The translations under genes were made by a program, and so were the position numbers. This document shows positions 20,079 to 30,757 of a DNA stretch of 64,000 nt, one piece after another. This stretch comes from a virus. Position 1 is the first letter of the stretch. The number at the start of each line of letters is the position of its first letter. Location: positions 21,298 through 85,297 of IMG/VR virus record IMGVR_UViG_3300044859_001080; one strand, written 5' to 3'. The notes beneath the pieces were generated by a model. That model made no database searches. It was not told where the DNA came from and was given only the letters and a program-made list of their open reading frames with translations.

Positions 20079-22790
20079 ATTTGTATGCTGTTTCAAATTA
20101 AGTATAACATCTTCGGGTGTTATACTTTTTTGGCATTCGTGTTGTCTGGATGTTCCTTTATGTATTGGGCACCAGTTCCAATCTCCTTTATCAAATTTGA
20201 AGTTTGGGTTTGTCCAACAAGAGTTGCATACATTATGATTATATATTCTTGTTGTATTTGTTGTGAATTCATGATTTAAATCAGTGAAATTGTTAATCAT
20301 AACCACATGTTTATTAATTGCCCAACTTAACCAACTCAAGCCACTTCCCAGACCAATGAATATTTCAGAATGGTGAATATAATTCATAATGTTATTTATG
20401 TCATAATTGTTTGGAGTTATGGCATTTTTGATATTATTTCCTTCTTTTGAAATGTTTATAACGGTATATCCTTTGCTATTTAAAAATTCTGTTAGTTCAT
20501 CCCATCCATTTGGGTATAGCCAGAATTTTAAGGCTGATGTGGAGTGGGTTGCAATTGTTATGTATTTTTCTTTTATGGGTCTTTTCTTTGGTATGAAATC
20601 AATGGTTGGTTTTATTTCGGTATAATCTAGGCCAAGGATATTTGTTGCTGTCATTTGTAATGGTATTATATTTGGTAATATTGGTTCCATTTGATTATTA
20701 TAGAACCAACCAAGGGTATATTTTGCATGTATATTTTGGGCAACTTGACCAGGTATAATGAACTCAATGTTTGGATATGTTTTTTCAAAGAAGTTATTCC
20801 AGAAGGTTGATGCAACAACCTTGCAATTATGTTTTTTTGAGAATTCATCAATGTAAGGCATCCATGCAACGGAATCACCAAGAGATTTTGAATCAATGGC
20901 AATATAAACCCTTTTATTGGTTAAATCCATATTAAAGACATGTTTCCCTTTTTGGTTGCTAACAGTGATTTCCCAATCAACAAAATATTTTATGGATGAT
21001 TTTGTCCAATTGTTTCTCCCAATATTTGATTTGTATTCAATTTTGTTTGTTTTTTTATTTTTGAATGTAATATCATATCTTATGTTTGGACCACCAGTTA
21101 TTTCAACAAATGGACCATCAATAAAATTAATATTAATATTTGGTTCAATATCAGTTGTTTTTAATTCATATATGTCAAAACTTGAAAATTGGTTATGAAC
21201 ACCTTCCAAGTCTGTTGTTACTTTATCAGTTAAGCATTTTTCAACAACATTAAACTTATAATCTTTGATTAAATCATACATTTTTTCCTCAAACTTCTTG
21301 AAGTTGATATAAAATATTAATTTTGTTTTGTAATAGTTAAATAACTCCAATAATGGGGTTATGTTGCCAGAAAAGAAATTGGTTTTATATCCATCATTTT
21401 TATCTATGTTATTATTGTAATATAAAATTAAATCCTTTGAATTAAGCTGTTTATAATTATCATTTAATGTGTCAGAATATATTAATGTATCATAATTTAC
21501 AATATGTATTTTCTTTTTGTTTAATTTATCTGCAAAGTTGACACCCTGCTTTATTAAGTTATAAACTCCAAAACTATGTTCAAAAGGCATTGAAGTACTT
21601 GTTTTTTCCCCTTTTGCATTTATCTTCCAATATTCAAATATAACATTATGTTCTTCATATTCATCTTTATCCAATAATTGATTATCTTTTGAATATAATA
21701 CATAATCACATAATGATTGGGTTTCTTCATCAACTGGTTTATTGCATGATAATATGATTTCTGTATTGATGGTTGACAAACATCTTTTTAGCATATTTTT
21801 TCTAAATAAGTTATTTGTGTGAGCCAATACAATGGTTACTTCATCTTCATTTCTTTTTTTATCTTCATTCAATAGATTGATTAATAATTTCTTATTCTCT
21901 TCTGGGTTATCTGTGGAATATACTGCCTTATTATCATAATAATTTTCATATGTATGTAAGTTTTTTGTTATAATTTTAAGACCAAAGGATGATGCTTCTT
22001 TTAATGATAAGGGATTCAATTCATATATTGATGGGAAATAGAATAAATCAGACGCTTCATAATAATTCAATGGGTTTTCTTGTTCCCCGTGTATAACGCA
22101 ATTCTTTGGTAAATCATCCAATATTGGTTTCCAATATTCATAGAAGTTTCCAGCCATATTTCCAACAAAATGAAATATTATTTTCTCATCTTGGCACAAT
22201 CTAGCGACTTCAATTATTTCCTTTTGGTTTTTACCTTGTGTAAATAATCCAACATGTAGGACATGTTTATAAGAGGGGTCAAATCCAAGGAGTTCTTGTT
22301 TTTGCTTTTTCTTTGGTATTTTCTTTGGAATGTGGTATTCCCATATGGTTAATGGAACTCCTGTTTTTACAAATTGCTTCTTGCTCCATTCTGATACTAA
22401 GATATATTTATCTGGATGAAATTTTATATCATTTGGATTTGTCCATGATCCATGTGTGGTGACAAATATCTTATAACCTTGGTCACGTTGAAATATCTTG
22501 AAAAGGATATCATCTGACAAATTGAATTCAGGTACTTCTTGAAAATGAATAATGTCAGGACTAATGTTATTTATGTGTGTTAATATTTCAGATTTATCAT
22601 CCCCAAGTGTAATAACATTTACAAGTTCTTTAATCTTATTCTTTTGTACAACATAATCACCGCTTACATTTGCTATTTCAATGACATAAATATTATATAC
22701 AGGAAGAAATTCTTCAATTTGTTTGAGAAGATATTGCGGTAAACCCCCAGTTGATAAATGCGGTGTTACAAATAATAATTTTTCTTTCAT
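20067..22790 (-). CDS. Multidomain glycosyltransferase: N-terminal GT4-like plus C-terminal Aah/TibC-like O-heptosyltransferase
   Basis: GT4-like HLSTGGLPQY, VGLFTQGKNQ and FPSIYELNPL..KEA. C-terminal SKSLGDSVAWMPY..EF..KH, FIGLGSGLSWLSWA and CNSCW...WCP.H...ECQK.I Cys cluster. Confidence 0.8.
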   Translation of the reverse strand: MKEKLLFVTPHLSTGGLPQYLLKQIEEFLPVYNIYVIEIANVSGDYVVQKNKIKELVNVITLGDDKSEILTHINNISPDIIHFQEVPEFNLSDDILFKIFQRDQGYKIFVTTHGSWTNPNDIKFHPDKYILVSEWSKKQFVKTGVPLTIWEYHIPKKIPKKKQKQELLGFDPSYKHVLHVGLFTQGKNQKEIIEVARLCQDEKIIFHFVGNMAGNFYEYWKPILDDLPKNCVIHGEQENPLNYYEASDLFYFPSIYELNPLSLKEASSFGLKIITKNLHTYENYYDNKAVYSTDNPEENKKLLINLLNEDKKRNEDEVTIVLAHTNNLFRKNMLKRCLSTINTEIILSCNKPVDEETQSLCDYVLYSKDNQLLDKDEYEEHNVIFEYWKINAKGEKTSTSMPFEHSFGVYNLIKQGVNFADKLNKKKIHIVNYDTLIYSDTLNDNYKQLNSKDLILYYNNNIDKNDGYKTNFFSGNITPLLELFNYYKTKLIFYINFKKFEEKMYDLIKDYKFNVVEKCLTDKVTTDLEGVHNQFSSFDIYELKTTDIEPNININFIDGPFVEITGGPNIRYDITFKNKKTNKIEYKSNIGRNNWTKSSIKYFVDWEITVSNQKGKHVFNMDLTNKRVYIAIDSKSLGDSVAWMPYIDEFSKKHNCKVVASTFWNNFFEKTYPNIEFIIPGQVAQNIHAKYTLGWFYNNQMEPILPNIIPLQMTATNILGLDYTEIKPTIDFIPKKRPIKEKYITIATHSTSALKFWLYPNGWDELTEFLNSKGYTVINISKEGNNIKNAITPNNYDINNIMNYIHHSEIFIGLGSGLSWLSWAINKHVVMINNFTDLNHEFTTNTTRIYNHNVCNSCWTNPNFKFDKGDWNWCPIHKGTSRQHECQKSITPEDVILNLKQHTNLNI

Positions 22791-22929
22791 TTTTTTATTT
22801 TTTTATTTTTAAAATAATATAATTTTCATACAAATCAATATTTTAATATGTAAAATTATTAATTTTAATTTATATTTTTATATGGATATTATACATTACT
22901 TAATATTTATATCTTAAATACTATTTTAC

Positions 22930-23157
22930 ATGACAAATATAAGTGTTAACATTTTTGGTATAACTGGGCAAAGCCCTTATGATATTTATATTTGTCAACC
23001 ATCTATAAATGATTGTATTTATATAAATACCATTTCTGGAACCACATATTCTTTTGATTTACCAAAACCAATAGATAATAATATCCAATACCTTGTTAAG
23101 ATTATTGATAATAATAATAGATTAATAACAAGTGTGGTAAATGTTTCAAACAACTAA
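22930..23157 (+). CDS. Small structural protein, single-domain paralogue of 3942..4493
   Basis: ITGQSPYDIYIC...LVKIID. Confidence 0.6.
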   Translation: MTNISVNIFGITGQSPYDIYICQPSINDCIYINTISGTTYSFDLPKPIDNNIQYLVKIIDNNNRLITSVVNVSNN

Positions 23158-23163
23158 TTTAAT

Positions 23164-24810
23164 ATGGGGGTAACTTTATTCAAAGATTGTGCGGGGGATT
23201 ATAAGTTTAGATTTAATTTGAAGGCTGTAAATCCAAATGTAGGGGATGTTTTTAGTATAGATGGCATTTATTTTAGTGGATTTGCAAGTGTTATTGAATA
23301 TGCTGAAATTGGTGATTTGTTTGATTCAGATGGTACATTATTTGTTCAACAGAGGCAGTGTCCAGAAGTGATTGAGGAAATTCAAGAGGTTTTTGTGCAT
23401 AAAATAATTGAGGAGGTTGAAGAGATTATTGAACCAGAAGTGGTTGAGGAAGTTCAAGAGGTTGTTGAGCCAGAAGTGATTGAGGAAGTTCAAGAGATTT
23501 TTGTGTATAAAATAATTGAGGAAGTTGAAGAGATTGTTGAACCTGAAGTAATTGAGGAAATTCAAGAGGTTTTTGTGCATGAAATAATTGAGGAAGTTGA
23601 AGAGGTTGTTGAGCCAGAAGTGGTTGAGGTATTCCAAGTGCCTTTTAACCCCGGTGTATCCCCAGGTGATGCCATACAAGATTTTTGTGTATCGCCAACT
23701 TATTCTATTTTGGGTACAAATGTTGGTAATTTTTCTGTTGCTGATGTTTTATATGATGATTATGTTTATTATACTGGTGAAACAAGTGGTGTCATTTATT
23801 TTAATACAGATTTGGAACAATGGTGTTTAAGTGGTTCTTTGGGTGGTTCTTGTTTATTAACTGGTAAATCACCTTGTTATGGGGAACTTAATCCTGATTT
23901 ATATGAGGGTATTGTGTTTAGTGGAAATTGTCCAACACCAACCCCAAGCCCAGCATCTTGTGATATTGTTGATTTTTCTGCATATTTTAATTGTGAGTTA
24001 TCTGCTTCAACAACTCCAACCCCAACTATTACCCCAACTCCAACTATAACCCCAACAATGACAATAACACCATCTTCAACTGGGGGATTGGCAGTTAATG
24101 TGGGGATGTCAGCATATACTTATGCATATCCAAGTTCTACCCCATCAATGACCCCTTCTGTAACAGCAACAAATGATAGATTGATTGGTGGAAGTTTGAA
24201 TTATGAGATGATGAGTAGAGTGTTTAGTTTTAAAGGTGTTAGGGTATTGGTTGATTGTAATACAAATGAGGAAGTGTATACAACACAAGATTTGATTTTA
24301 AGTGGGGTTCCAATTAAAGTGGGGGACATTATCAGAACATCAAACAATGGTGTCCAGAGGTGCTTCACATATGATAGGAATGAATCTACTGGTAGTTCAA
24401 ATATTAGCATTCAAACAATATTGAATGTTTATACTGGAACAACGTGTTCAAGTTGTGCAATAACACCAACACCAACACCAACTATGACAATGACCCCAAG
24501 CGTAACAATTACACCAAGTATTACATTAACACCATCTCCAACATCAAATCTTTTACATGTATTTGAGAGTTGCATTCCTTTGGATGGAAATACAATTAAT
24601 TCACAATTAATTCAGAATATTGGAATTGGTATTCCTATTGGTTTTGTTATTAAGGATTCTGATAATAATTGTTGGACATATTTGGGTGCATTTGATAAAT
24701 CATATACTCCAGTTGGTAATATAAATTATTTCACATATACGGGAAATTATTTTGATACAAATGGGGGAACATTCATTGATTGTGTGAATTGTTTAAATAA
24801 TTTGAGTTAA
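23164..24810 (+). CDS. Cys-rich, PT-repeat virion protein with acidic repeat insert
   Basis: EEVQEV/EPEV repeats at about 23365-23640, plus PT tracts. Confidence 0.6.
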   Translation: MGVTLFKDCAGDYKFRFNLKAVNPNVGDVFSIDGIYFSGFASVIEYAEIGDLFDSDGTLFVQQRQCPEVIEEIQEVFVHKIIEEVEEIIEPEVVEEVQEVVEPEVIEEVQEIFVYKIIEEVEEIVEPEVIEEIQEVFVHEIIEEVEEVVEPEVVEVFQVPFNPGVSPGDAIQDFCVSPTYSILGTNVGNFSVADVLYDDYVYYTGETSGVIYFNTDLEQWCLSGSLGGSCLLTGKSPCYGELNPDLYEGIVFSGNCPTPTPSPASCDIVDFSAYFNCELSASTTPTPTITPTPTITPTMTITPSSTGGLAVNVGMSAYTYAYPSSTPSMTPSVTATNDRLIGGSLNYEMMSRVFSFKGVRVLVDCNTNEEVYTTQDLILSGVPIKVGDIIRTSNNGVQRCFTYDRNESTGSSNISIQTILNVYTGTTCSSCAITPTPTPTMTMTPSVTITPSITLTPSPTSNLLHVFESCIPLDGNTINSQLIQNIGIGIPIGFVIKDSDNNCWTYLGAFDKSYTPVGNINYFTYTGNYFDTNGGTFIDCVNCLNNLS

Positions 24811-24821
24811 ATATATTATAT

Positions 24822-25952
24822 ATGGCAGAAGATATTATTACAATATACCCATTAAGCGTTGATGTGAATGTTAAAAAAACATCTGGTATTGGTAGAAAGG
24901 ATGGGTCGCTTGAAATATTAGTATCAGGTGGGTTAGGTGGGTATATTATAAATGTTAATGGTAAATTAAATACAGGAAATATATTAACAGGTCTGGCATC
25001 TGGAGATTATATTATATTGGTTAATAATCCAGATTCTGGTCAGAGCATTAGTTTAACAAAAATTATTGAGGATCCAGTTGAACCAACTTATTGTACAAGA
25101 TTTTTCCCGTTTCGTAATTTTTTAAATGATACTGGTAACACAACTTGTGATTATATATGTTCATCAAGCACATTAAGTCTTACCTTTTTTGTATATGCAA
25201 GAGGTAATACATTTGGTGAATTAAATAGTACATTATATAGGGGGTCAAGTAGTGCAGATTCAAAATCAAAATGTGAGGCTGGAATTAATATTTGGCCATC
25301 AGGGGATACAAGTTATAGGAAATTAAAATATAATAATTTTTGCCATTCAATTAGTGATTTAGGTGTTGTTACAGGGAGAACAAAATGTTTAGATATTGTT
25401 ACAGCATCTGGTGGTACTTGGGCAATAGAAAATTTGAAAGTAACAACATTTAGAGATGGGACAGATATACCATTTGTTGCATCAACAACAGACTTAAATA
25501 ATATTTCAGGACCAGCATATACCTATTATAATTTCAATTCAGGGCTTGGGGATATTTATGGTTATCTATATAATTATGCTGCTATTACAGATGCAAGAAA
25601 TTTGGCACCAAATGGATACCATATACCAACAAAAACTGAGTGGGATAATATATTTTTGGCATCAGAAATTAATGGTGTGAGTGGTGGTGGTAAATTAAAA
25701 GAACGCAATTTATGGTTTGAACCAAATTTGGGTGCAGAAGACTTATATAATTTCTCATTGGTTGGTGGTGGTGGTTTGATAAATAATAATTTCATAAATA
25801 ATAAAATTAATGGATATTATTGGACAACTACCAATACTGGTTTTGCAAATAAAAATTATATTGGATTGTTTTCATATAATGAATTATCAATGAGTTATAT
25901 TGAAAATGTTGGGTTGAATTCATTTTATTCTGTTAGATTAAAAAAAGATTAA
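24822..25952 (+). CDS. SprB-like plus Fib_succ_major (FISUMP) domain protein
   Basis: W..ENLKVTTFRDG, YGYLYN..A, LAP.G.HIPT..EW, GGKLK, GYYWTTT, SVR..KD. Confidence 0.8.
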   Translation: MAEDIITIYPLSVDVNVKKTSGIGRKDGSLEILVSGGLGGYIINVNGKLNTGNILTGLASGDYIILVNNPDSGQSISLTKIIEDPVEPTYCTRFFPFRNFLNDTGNTTCDYICSSSTLSLTFFVYARGNTFGELNSTLYRGSSSADSKSKCEAGINIWPSGDTSYRKLKYNNFCHSISDLGVVTGRTKCLDIVTASGGTWAIENLKVTTFRDGTDIPFVASTTDLNNISGPAYTYYNFNSGLGDIYGYLYNYAAITDARNLAPNGYHIPTKTEWDNIFLASEINGVSGGGKLKERNLWFEPNLGAEDLYNFSLVGGGGLINNNFINNKINGYYWTTTNTGFANKNYIGLFSYNELSMSYIENVGLNSFYSVRLKKD

Positions 25953-25955
25953 TAT

Positions 25956-27011
25956 ATGGCAATTAATGATTTGTGTTTGAATGTTTATTTTGAGAATGAT
26001 ATTATAGGTCCATATAATTTTCAATATAGTGGAATAACAAATGGCAAAAATTATTGGCATTCAACAGGAAGTTCAATGACAATAATTTGGAATTTAAGTA
26101 ATAAATATTGGGAAGTTTTAAATTGGACAGGAGTTACAAATACAGCATTAAGAAGTGTAAATTCAAGTGATATACCAACAAGTGATTGGAAAATAAGGGG
26201 TGTTGCACCAAAGAATGATGTTTTGGTTACATATGGTGAATGTGATGGATATTCACCCATTTTATTAAGGTCAAAAATAACAAACAATAGTTGTGTTGGA
26301 AATTGTGATGGTGTTATTGTGGCATCATCTTTAGGGGGCATTAAGCCTTATGTATATTCAATAAATAATGGTCAAACATATTCAAGTTCACCAATTTTTA
26401 AGGGTATTTGTGAAGGCCAATATAATTTATATGTTTCAGGTCAAACAGGTGGTGTAGCTTCAATTGTTTCAAATGTTTCTTCAGAAAATGAATTATCAAG
26501 ATATGAAATTAATTTATCAAATATTTCAGAGCAATTTATATCAGATGATACAATTCAAACAACATGGAAATTAAATATTAATCCAGAGTTAAAGGCTGGA
26601 CATGTATTAACATTAACAATGAATGCAAATCTTGAAACTTCATTATACCAACCAGGTTCAGCAAGTACAAACAATATTATTTCAGTTTATAAAAATAATT
26701 CTTTGTTAACTCCAAACATAATATCAAATTCATTGGCAACAAACAGACCATATTGTTCGCCAAATTTGATTAATACCACATATTCAGCATTAACTTATTC
26801 AACAACAATAATTAGTGGAGATACATTAACAGGGACAACAACATCCATTATAAATAATAATGGTTATCAAGTGGATTCAAATGGTTGCTCAACAAAGGTG
26901 GAACAAAAAAATACAATAAGAATTGATTCAGCCAAGATAAATACTTGCAGATGTTGTGAGATAATATTTAATTCTCAAAATTATGTTGGAATAAATTCAC
27001 ATATTAAATAA
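25956..27011 (+). CDS. SprB-repeat structural protein
   Basis: SC.G.CDG.I...GGIKPYVYSINNG...F.GIC.G.Y. Confidence 0.6.
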   Translation: MAINDLCLNVYFENDIIGPYNFQYSGITNGKNYWHSTGSSMTIIWNLSNKYWEVLNWTGVTNTALRSVNSSDIPTSDWKIRGVAPKNDVLVTYGECDGYSPILLRSKITNNSCVGNCDGVIVASSLGGIKPYVYSINNGQTYSSSPIFKGICEGQYNLYVSGQTGGVASIVSNVSSENELSRYEINLSNISEQFISDDTIQTTWKLNINPELKAGHVLTLTMNANLETSLYQPGSASTNNIISVYKNNSLLTPNIISNSLATNRPYCSPNLINTTYSALTYSTTIISGDTLTGTTTSIINNNGYQVDSNGCSTKVEQKNTIRIDSAKINTCRCCEIIFNSQNYVGINSHIK

Positions 27012-27027
27012 TTATATATAAAAGATA

Positions 27028-29217
27028 ATGAGTTATATTTTAAAAAATACATCTGGAAAAATAATTACAAGAATAACTGATGTTGGTAGGAAGGCAATAT
27101 CAAAGGGGTTGTTCAATATTTCTTATTTCCAAGTTGGAGATAGTGAGATTGATTATATTGGAGATAATATTACAAATAATAATGTATTAATGCCAGCTTT
27201 TTGCGAGCATAATGATAATGCTGGTGGGTATAATGTTAACAAACAAAATGTAAAATATCCCTACTTTCTAAATGGTGCAATTGGTACAACATATGGAATT
27301 CCATTTAATGAGTCAACAATAAAGGAATTTTATAATTTGGCAACAGATAAGGGATTTTTTGTTAGTGGAGTTACAACATATTCAGCCCAGACAACATCAG
27401 CATATACGGTTTCATCAAATTATATTGCAAGTATGCCAACAATAACTGGTCAAACAAGTTTATTGTTATCAGCAAATACATGTTCAGCAACAACTGGTGT
27501 TCCAAAAGTTGGTGATTTTCTTACCATTATTTTAGATGGTGTTGGGGATTGTGGTAGCATAAGAAATTCTTTTCCAATATTGACTTATAAGATTAGTGCA
27601 TCAACAATAAGTGGTAGTAATTATATTGTTGGATTGGATAGAAACCTACCAATATATTCAGCAAAGACAAGTGGAGGTGAGATAGCAAGATGTTTAATTT
27701 ATCCATCAGGGATGACTGCGTTATATGATAGTGTTACACCAATGCCAAATTGGTCAAATGATGTTTTTAATTATGAAACGATTTGTGATACATCAGCAAC
27801 AGTAGATACAAGAGTTTGGAATATGAATATTCCTTGGTCGCAAACTGTGGCAGGAATAACAGGGGATACTTATGAGGATTATACAAAATATGGATCACAA
27901 TCATATTTGGGAACAAAAGAATATTTGTATTCAAATTCTGGGCAAACATTATCAAGTGATAATGGTGCAGTTTATTATTATGATTCAAGATTGAATAAAA
28001 TTATTGTTGAATCAAAAAATCAAAAAGCAGTTGCAGTAATTCATTATACAAATCAATCTATTGATAATGTTTATGGGGAAAAATTTGCAACAATGCCATT
28101 TGATGTTGCTGACCCAAAGGATACTAATGATTTGGCAAGAAAATTTAAATTAACAATTCCAACATTGATGTGGCATAAGTCTGATGGTTCAAGTATTGGG
28201 CAAAGTTTTTATATTGATCCCCCAAATGAACCAGGTAAATCTATTCCATATTATATCAAATCAACAAAGAATTCTGATATGAATCAGCCGGGCATTCGTT
28301 TCTTTAATTTATGGGATACAAATGAAAATTCAAAAAATGAGTTAAATAGAGTAGGAAGGGTTTTTCCTGATAGTAAAATTGTGGTTATTGATGATGATGA
28401 ATTGGTTGCGGCATTGTCATATAAATCAAATAGGAATTGGACATTACCTGCACCAGAAGTTAGTTTAATAACACCAAATTTATTTGATACAGATACATCA
28501 AATGATATTGGTGTTTTGACTGGGGATGGAAAAACTTTATGGGTTACATATCGTTTGGATTCAACAGGGTTTACAAATTCATTACATTGCAATTATTATC
28601 AAAATATTGTTGGTCCTGATACTGGTTGTACAATAACAGCTCAGAATGTTGCGGTTAAATTTGGGGAAGAATTTCCATTTTTATATACAAATAATAGTTT
28701 GTCAGGTTTTTCAGCAAATGAAATTAAAATTTTGGCACAAAGAACAAATACAAATAGTTTGCCAGAACCAAACCAATGGAGAATAATTGATTTTACAAGC
28801 CAGATTGCTTCAACAAAAATAAATGGATATATCCCAGAATCAGGTTTAACTAAAACAACATTTGTTATTACAGAATCAAATTACACAGCTGCAACAATAT
28901 ATGATTTGGCAAAATTCATTGATGTTCCTTTAAATAGTCAACCAACAAAGTTAAATTTTGGGGATGAATATTATTTTTATGGAAACATTCAAACTGGAAT
29001 TGTGGCAACAATATATGAAATGAAATATGCTGTTAATCTTGTTATAACACAATTTTCAACAACAACAAATCCAACTTATGTAACTGGTAAGAATAAGTAT
29101 ATTACTGAAATTGGACTTTACAATTCCAACAAAGAACTTATGGTTATATCAAAATTAAGTTCACCTATTGAGAGAGTTTTGGGGGATCAACAATTTAACA
29201 TAAGTTTAGATTTTTAA
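27028..29217 (+). CDS. Baseplate/tail structural protein (tail-collar-like termini)
   Basis: N-terminal ITDVGRK....F.ISYFQVGDSEIDY and C-terminal YITEIGLYN...L..ISKLS.PI. Confidence 0.6.
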   Translation: MSYILKNTSGKIITRITDVGRKAISKGLFNISYFQVGDSEIDYIGDNITNNNVLMPAFCEHNDNAGGYNVNKQNVKYPYFLNGAIGTTYGIPFNESTIKEFYNLATDKGFFVSGVTTYSAQTTSAYTVSSNYIASMPTITGQTSLLLSANTCSATTGVPKVGDFLTIILDGVGDCGSIRNSFPILTYKISASTISGSNYIVGLDRNLPIYSAKTSGGEIARCLIYPSGMTALYDSVTPMPNWSNDVFNYETICDTSATVDTRVWNMNIPWSQTVAGITGDTYEDYTKYGSQSYLGTKEYLYSNSGQTLSSDNGAVYYYDSRLNKIIVESKNQKAVAVIHYTNQSIDNVYGEKFATMPFDVADPKDTNDLARKFKLTIPTLMWHKSDGSSIGQSFYIDPPNEPGKSIPYYIKSTKNSDMNQPGIRFFNLWDTNENSKNELNRVGRVFPDSKIVVIDDDELVAALSYKSNRNWTLPAPEVSLITPNLFDTDTSNDIGVLTGDGKTLWVTYRLDSTGFTNSLHCNYYQNIVGPDTGCTITAQNVAVKFGEEFPFLYTNNSLSGFSANEIKILAQRTNTNSLPEPNQWRIIDFTSQIASTKINGYIPESGLTKTTFVITESNYTAATIYDLAKFIDVPLNSQPTKLNFGDEYYFYGNIQTGIVATIYEMKYAVNLVITQFSTTTNPTYVTGKNKYITEIGLYNSNKELMVISKLSSPIERVLGDQQFNISLDF

Positions 29218-29819
29218 TGGTAAATAAAATAGATATTAATTCGCCCAAAGTATTGGGACTTGATGTGTCAACAAAGACAATTGGAATTGCTTTGTTTGAT
29301 ACTAATTCTGAAAAATTATTGGAATTAACACATTTGTCGCCAATTCCAAAATCAGAAATGAATTCAAAGATAGAAGAACTTATTGTTAAGTCAACTTTAT
29401 TCAAATTAAAATTGGAAGATTATAAAAATCTTGGAATAACAAAAGTAATTATAGAAGAACCATTATTAACTTCAAACAATGTAAATACTGTTGGTATATT
29501 AATGAGGTTTAATACATTAGTTTGTAAAGAAGTTTTTGATGTATTGAATATTATGCCAGAATTTATTTCAACATACAATGCAAGAAAGTTTGCTTATCCA
29601 GAATTAACTCAAAAGAATAAAAACGGTAAAGAAGTTTTGTTTGGGGGGTTGGACAAATCAATGGATAAGAAAAAATTAATATTGGATTTGGTTGCAGTGA
29701 AAGAACCCCAAATCACTTGGCATTACGACAAGAAGGGAAATTTGAAAAAAGAAAATTTTGACCAAACTGATGCTTATACAGCAGTCCTTGGATATATGAA
29801 GATGAAAAACATTTGGTAA
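29217..29819 (+). CDS. RuvC-like Holliday junction resolvase
   Basis: VLGLDVS.K.IG, VIIEE and D.TDA acidic residues of the RNase H fold. Confidence 0.8.
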   Translation: MVNKIDINSPKVLGLDVSTKTIGIALFDTNSEKLLELTHLSPIPKSEMNSKIEELIVKSTLFKLKLEDYKNLGITKVIIEEPLLTSNNVNTVGILMRFNTLVCKEVFDVLNIMPEFISTYNARKFAYPELTQKNKNGKEVLFGGLDKSMDKKKLILDLVAVKEPQITWHYDKKGNLKKENFDQTDAYTAVLGYMKMKNIW

Positions 29820-29843
29820 TTCGCAAATTCTTACATATATTTG
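29812..29843 (+). promoter_or_regulatory. Bacteroidota sigmaA-type promoter
   Basis: TTTG (29812) -N20- TATATTTG (29836). Confidence 0.6.
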
Positions 29844-29847
29844 CGAA

Positions 29848-30756
29848 ATGGAGAATCAAGATAAAGAAATAGAAGTTATATTGGGTTTGATAAGTGATGT
29901 GATTGGTGAACCAGTCAAATCATTTACCACAAAACACCAATACACATATAATTGCCCCCTTTGCGATGAAGGGGAGAATAAAGGCAATCTTGAAGTATCA
30001 CTATTAAAACATTTATATCATTGTTGGAGCTGTGGTGATGATTCTGAAAAGACACATGGTCCACTTGGCAAGTTATTTGATGTATTTGGCACAAAGAAGC
30101 AAAAGAGATTATATGATTTGGTTAAACCTGAGAACTTAAAGGTTAATGATATTTTTTATCCAAAATTAAGATTACCAGAGGGGTTTGTTACCTTTGAAGA
30201 TTCTCATCCATTGCATATCCCTAGGAAAGAAGCATACAATTATTTGCTTGATAGGGGAATAACAGATGATATGATAAAAAAATATAACATTGGTTATACT
30301 GTAAAAGGGGATTTTGCTTATAGAATAATAATTCCATCGTATGATAAGGGTGGGGTATTAAATTATTTCTTGGGGAGATCATGGGTTAAGAGAAAGATTA
30401 AATATAAGAATGCCAATGCCCCAAAAGATGAGATTATATTTAATGAACATTTAATTAATTGGTCAGAAGATATATATTTGACTGAAGGGGTTTTTGATAG
30501 TATATTTCTACCCAATCCAATTCCATTATTGGGCAAGCATCTTAGTAATAAGTTATTTACTTTATTGTATGAAAAGGCAGAGAAGGATATTATTCTTTGT
30601 CTGGATGGGGATGCTTATAAGGATTCATTAAGATTATATAATGAGTTAAATGGGGGAAATTTATATGATAGAATAAAGATGGTTAAATTACCTTATGACA
30701 AAGATGTTTGTGAGTTAAGGGGGGATATTGATAAATATTATATTAAAATTAAGTAA
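29848..30756 (+). CDS. DNA primase (Zn finger + TOPRIM)
   Basis: CPLC...HCWSC, YL..RGI, RIIIP, TEGVFD, LDGD. Confidence 0.85.
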   Translation: MENQDKEIEVILGLISDVIGEPVKSFTTKHQYTYNCPLCDEGENKGNLEVSLLKHLYHCWSCGDDSEKTHGPLGKLFDVFGTKKQKRLYDLVKPENLKVNDIFYPKLRLPEGFVTFEDSHPLHIPRKEAYNYLLDRGITDDMIKKYNIGYTVKGDFAYRIIIPSYDKGGVLNYFLGRSWVKRKIKYKNANAPKDEIIFNEHLINWSEDIYLTEGVFDSIFLPNPIPLLGKHLSNKLFTLLYEKAEKDIILCLDGDAYKDSLRLYNELNGGNLYDRIKMVKLPYDKDVCELRGDIDKYYIKIK

Positions 30757-30757
30757 A

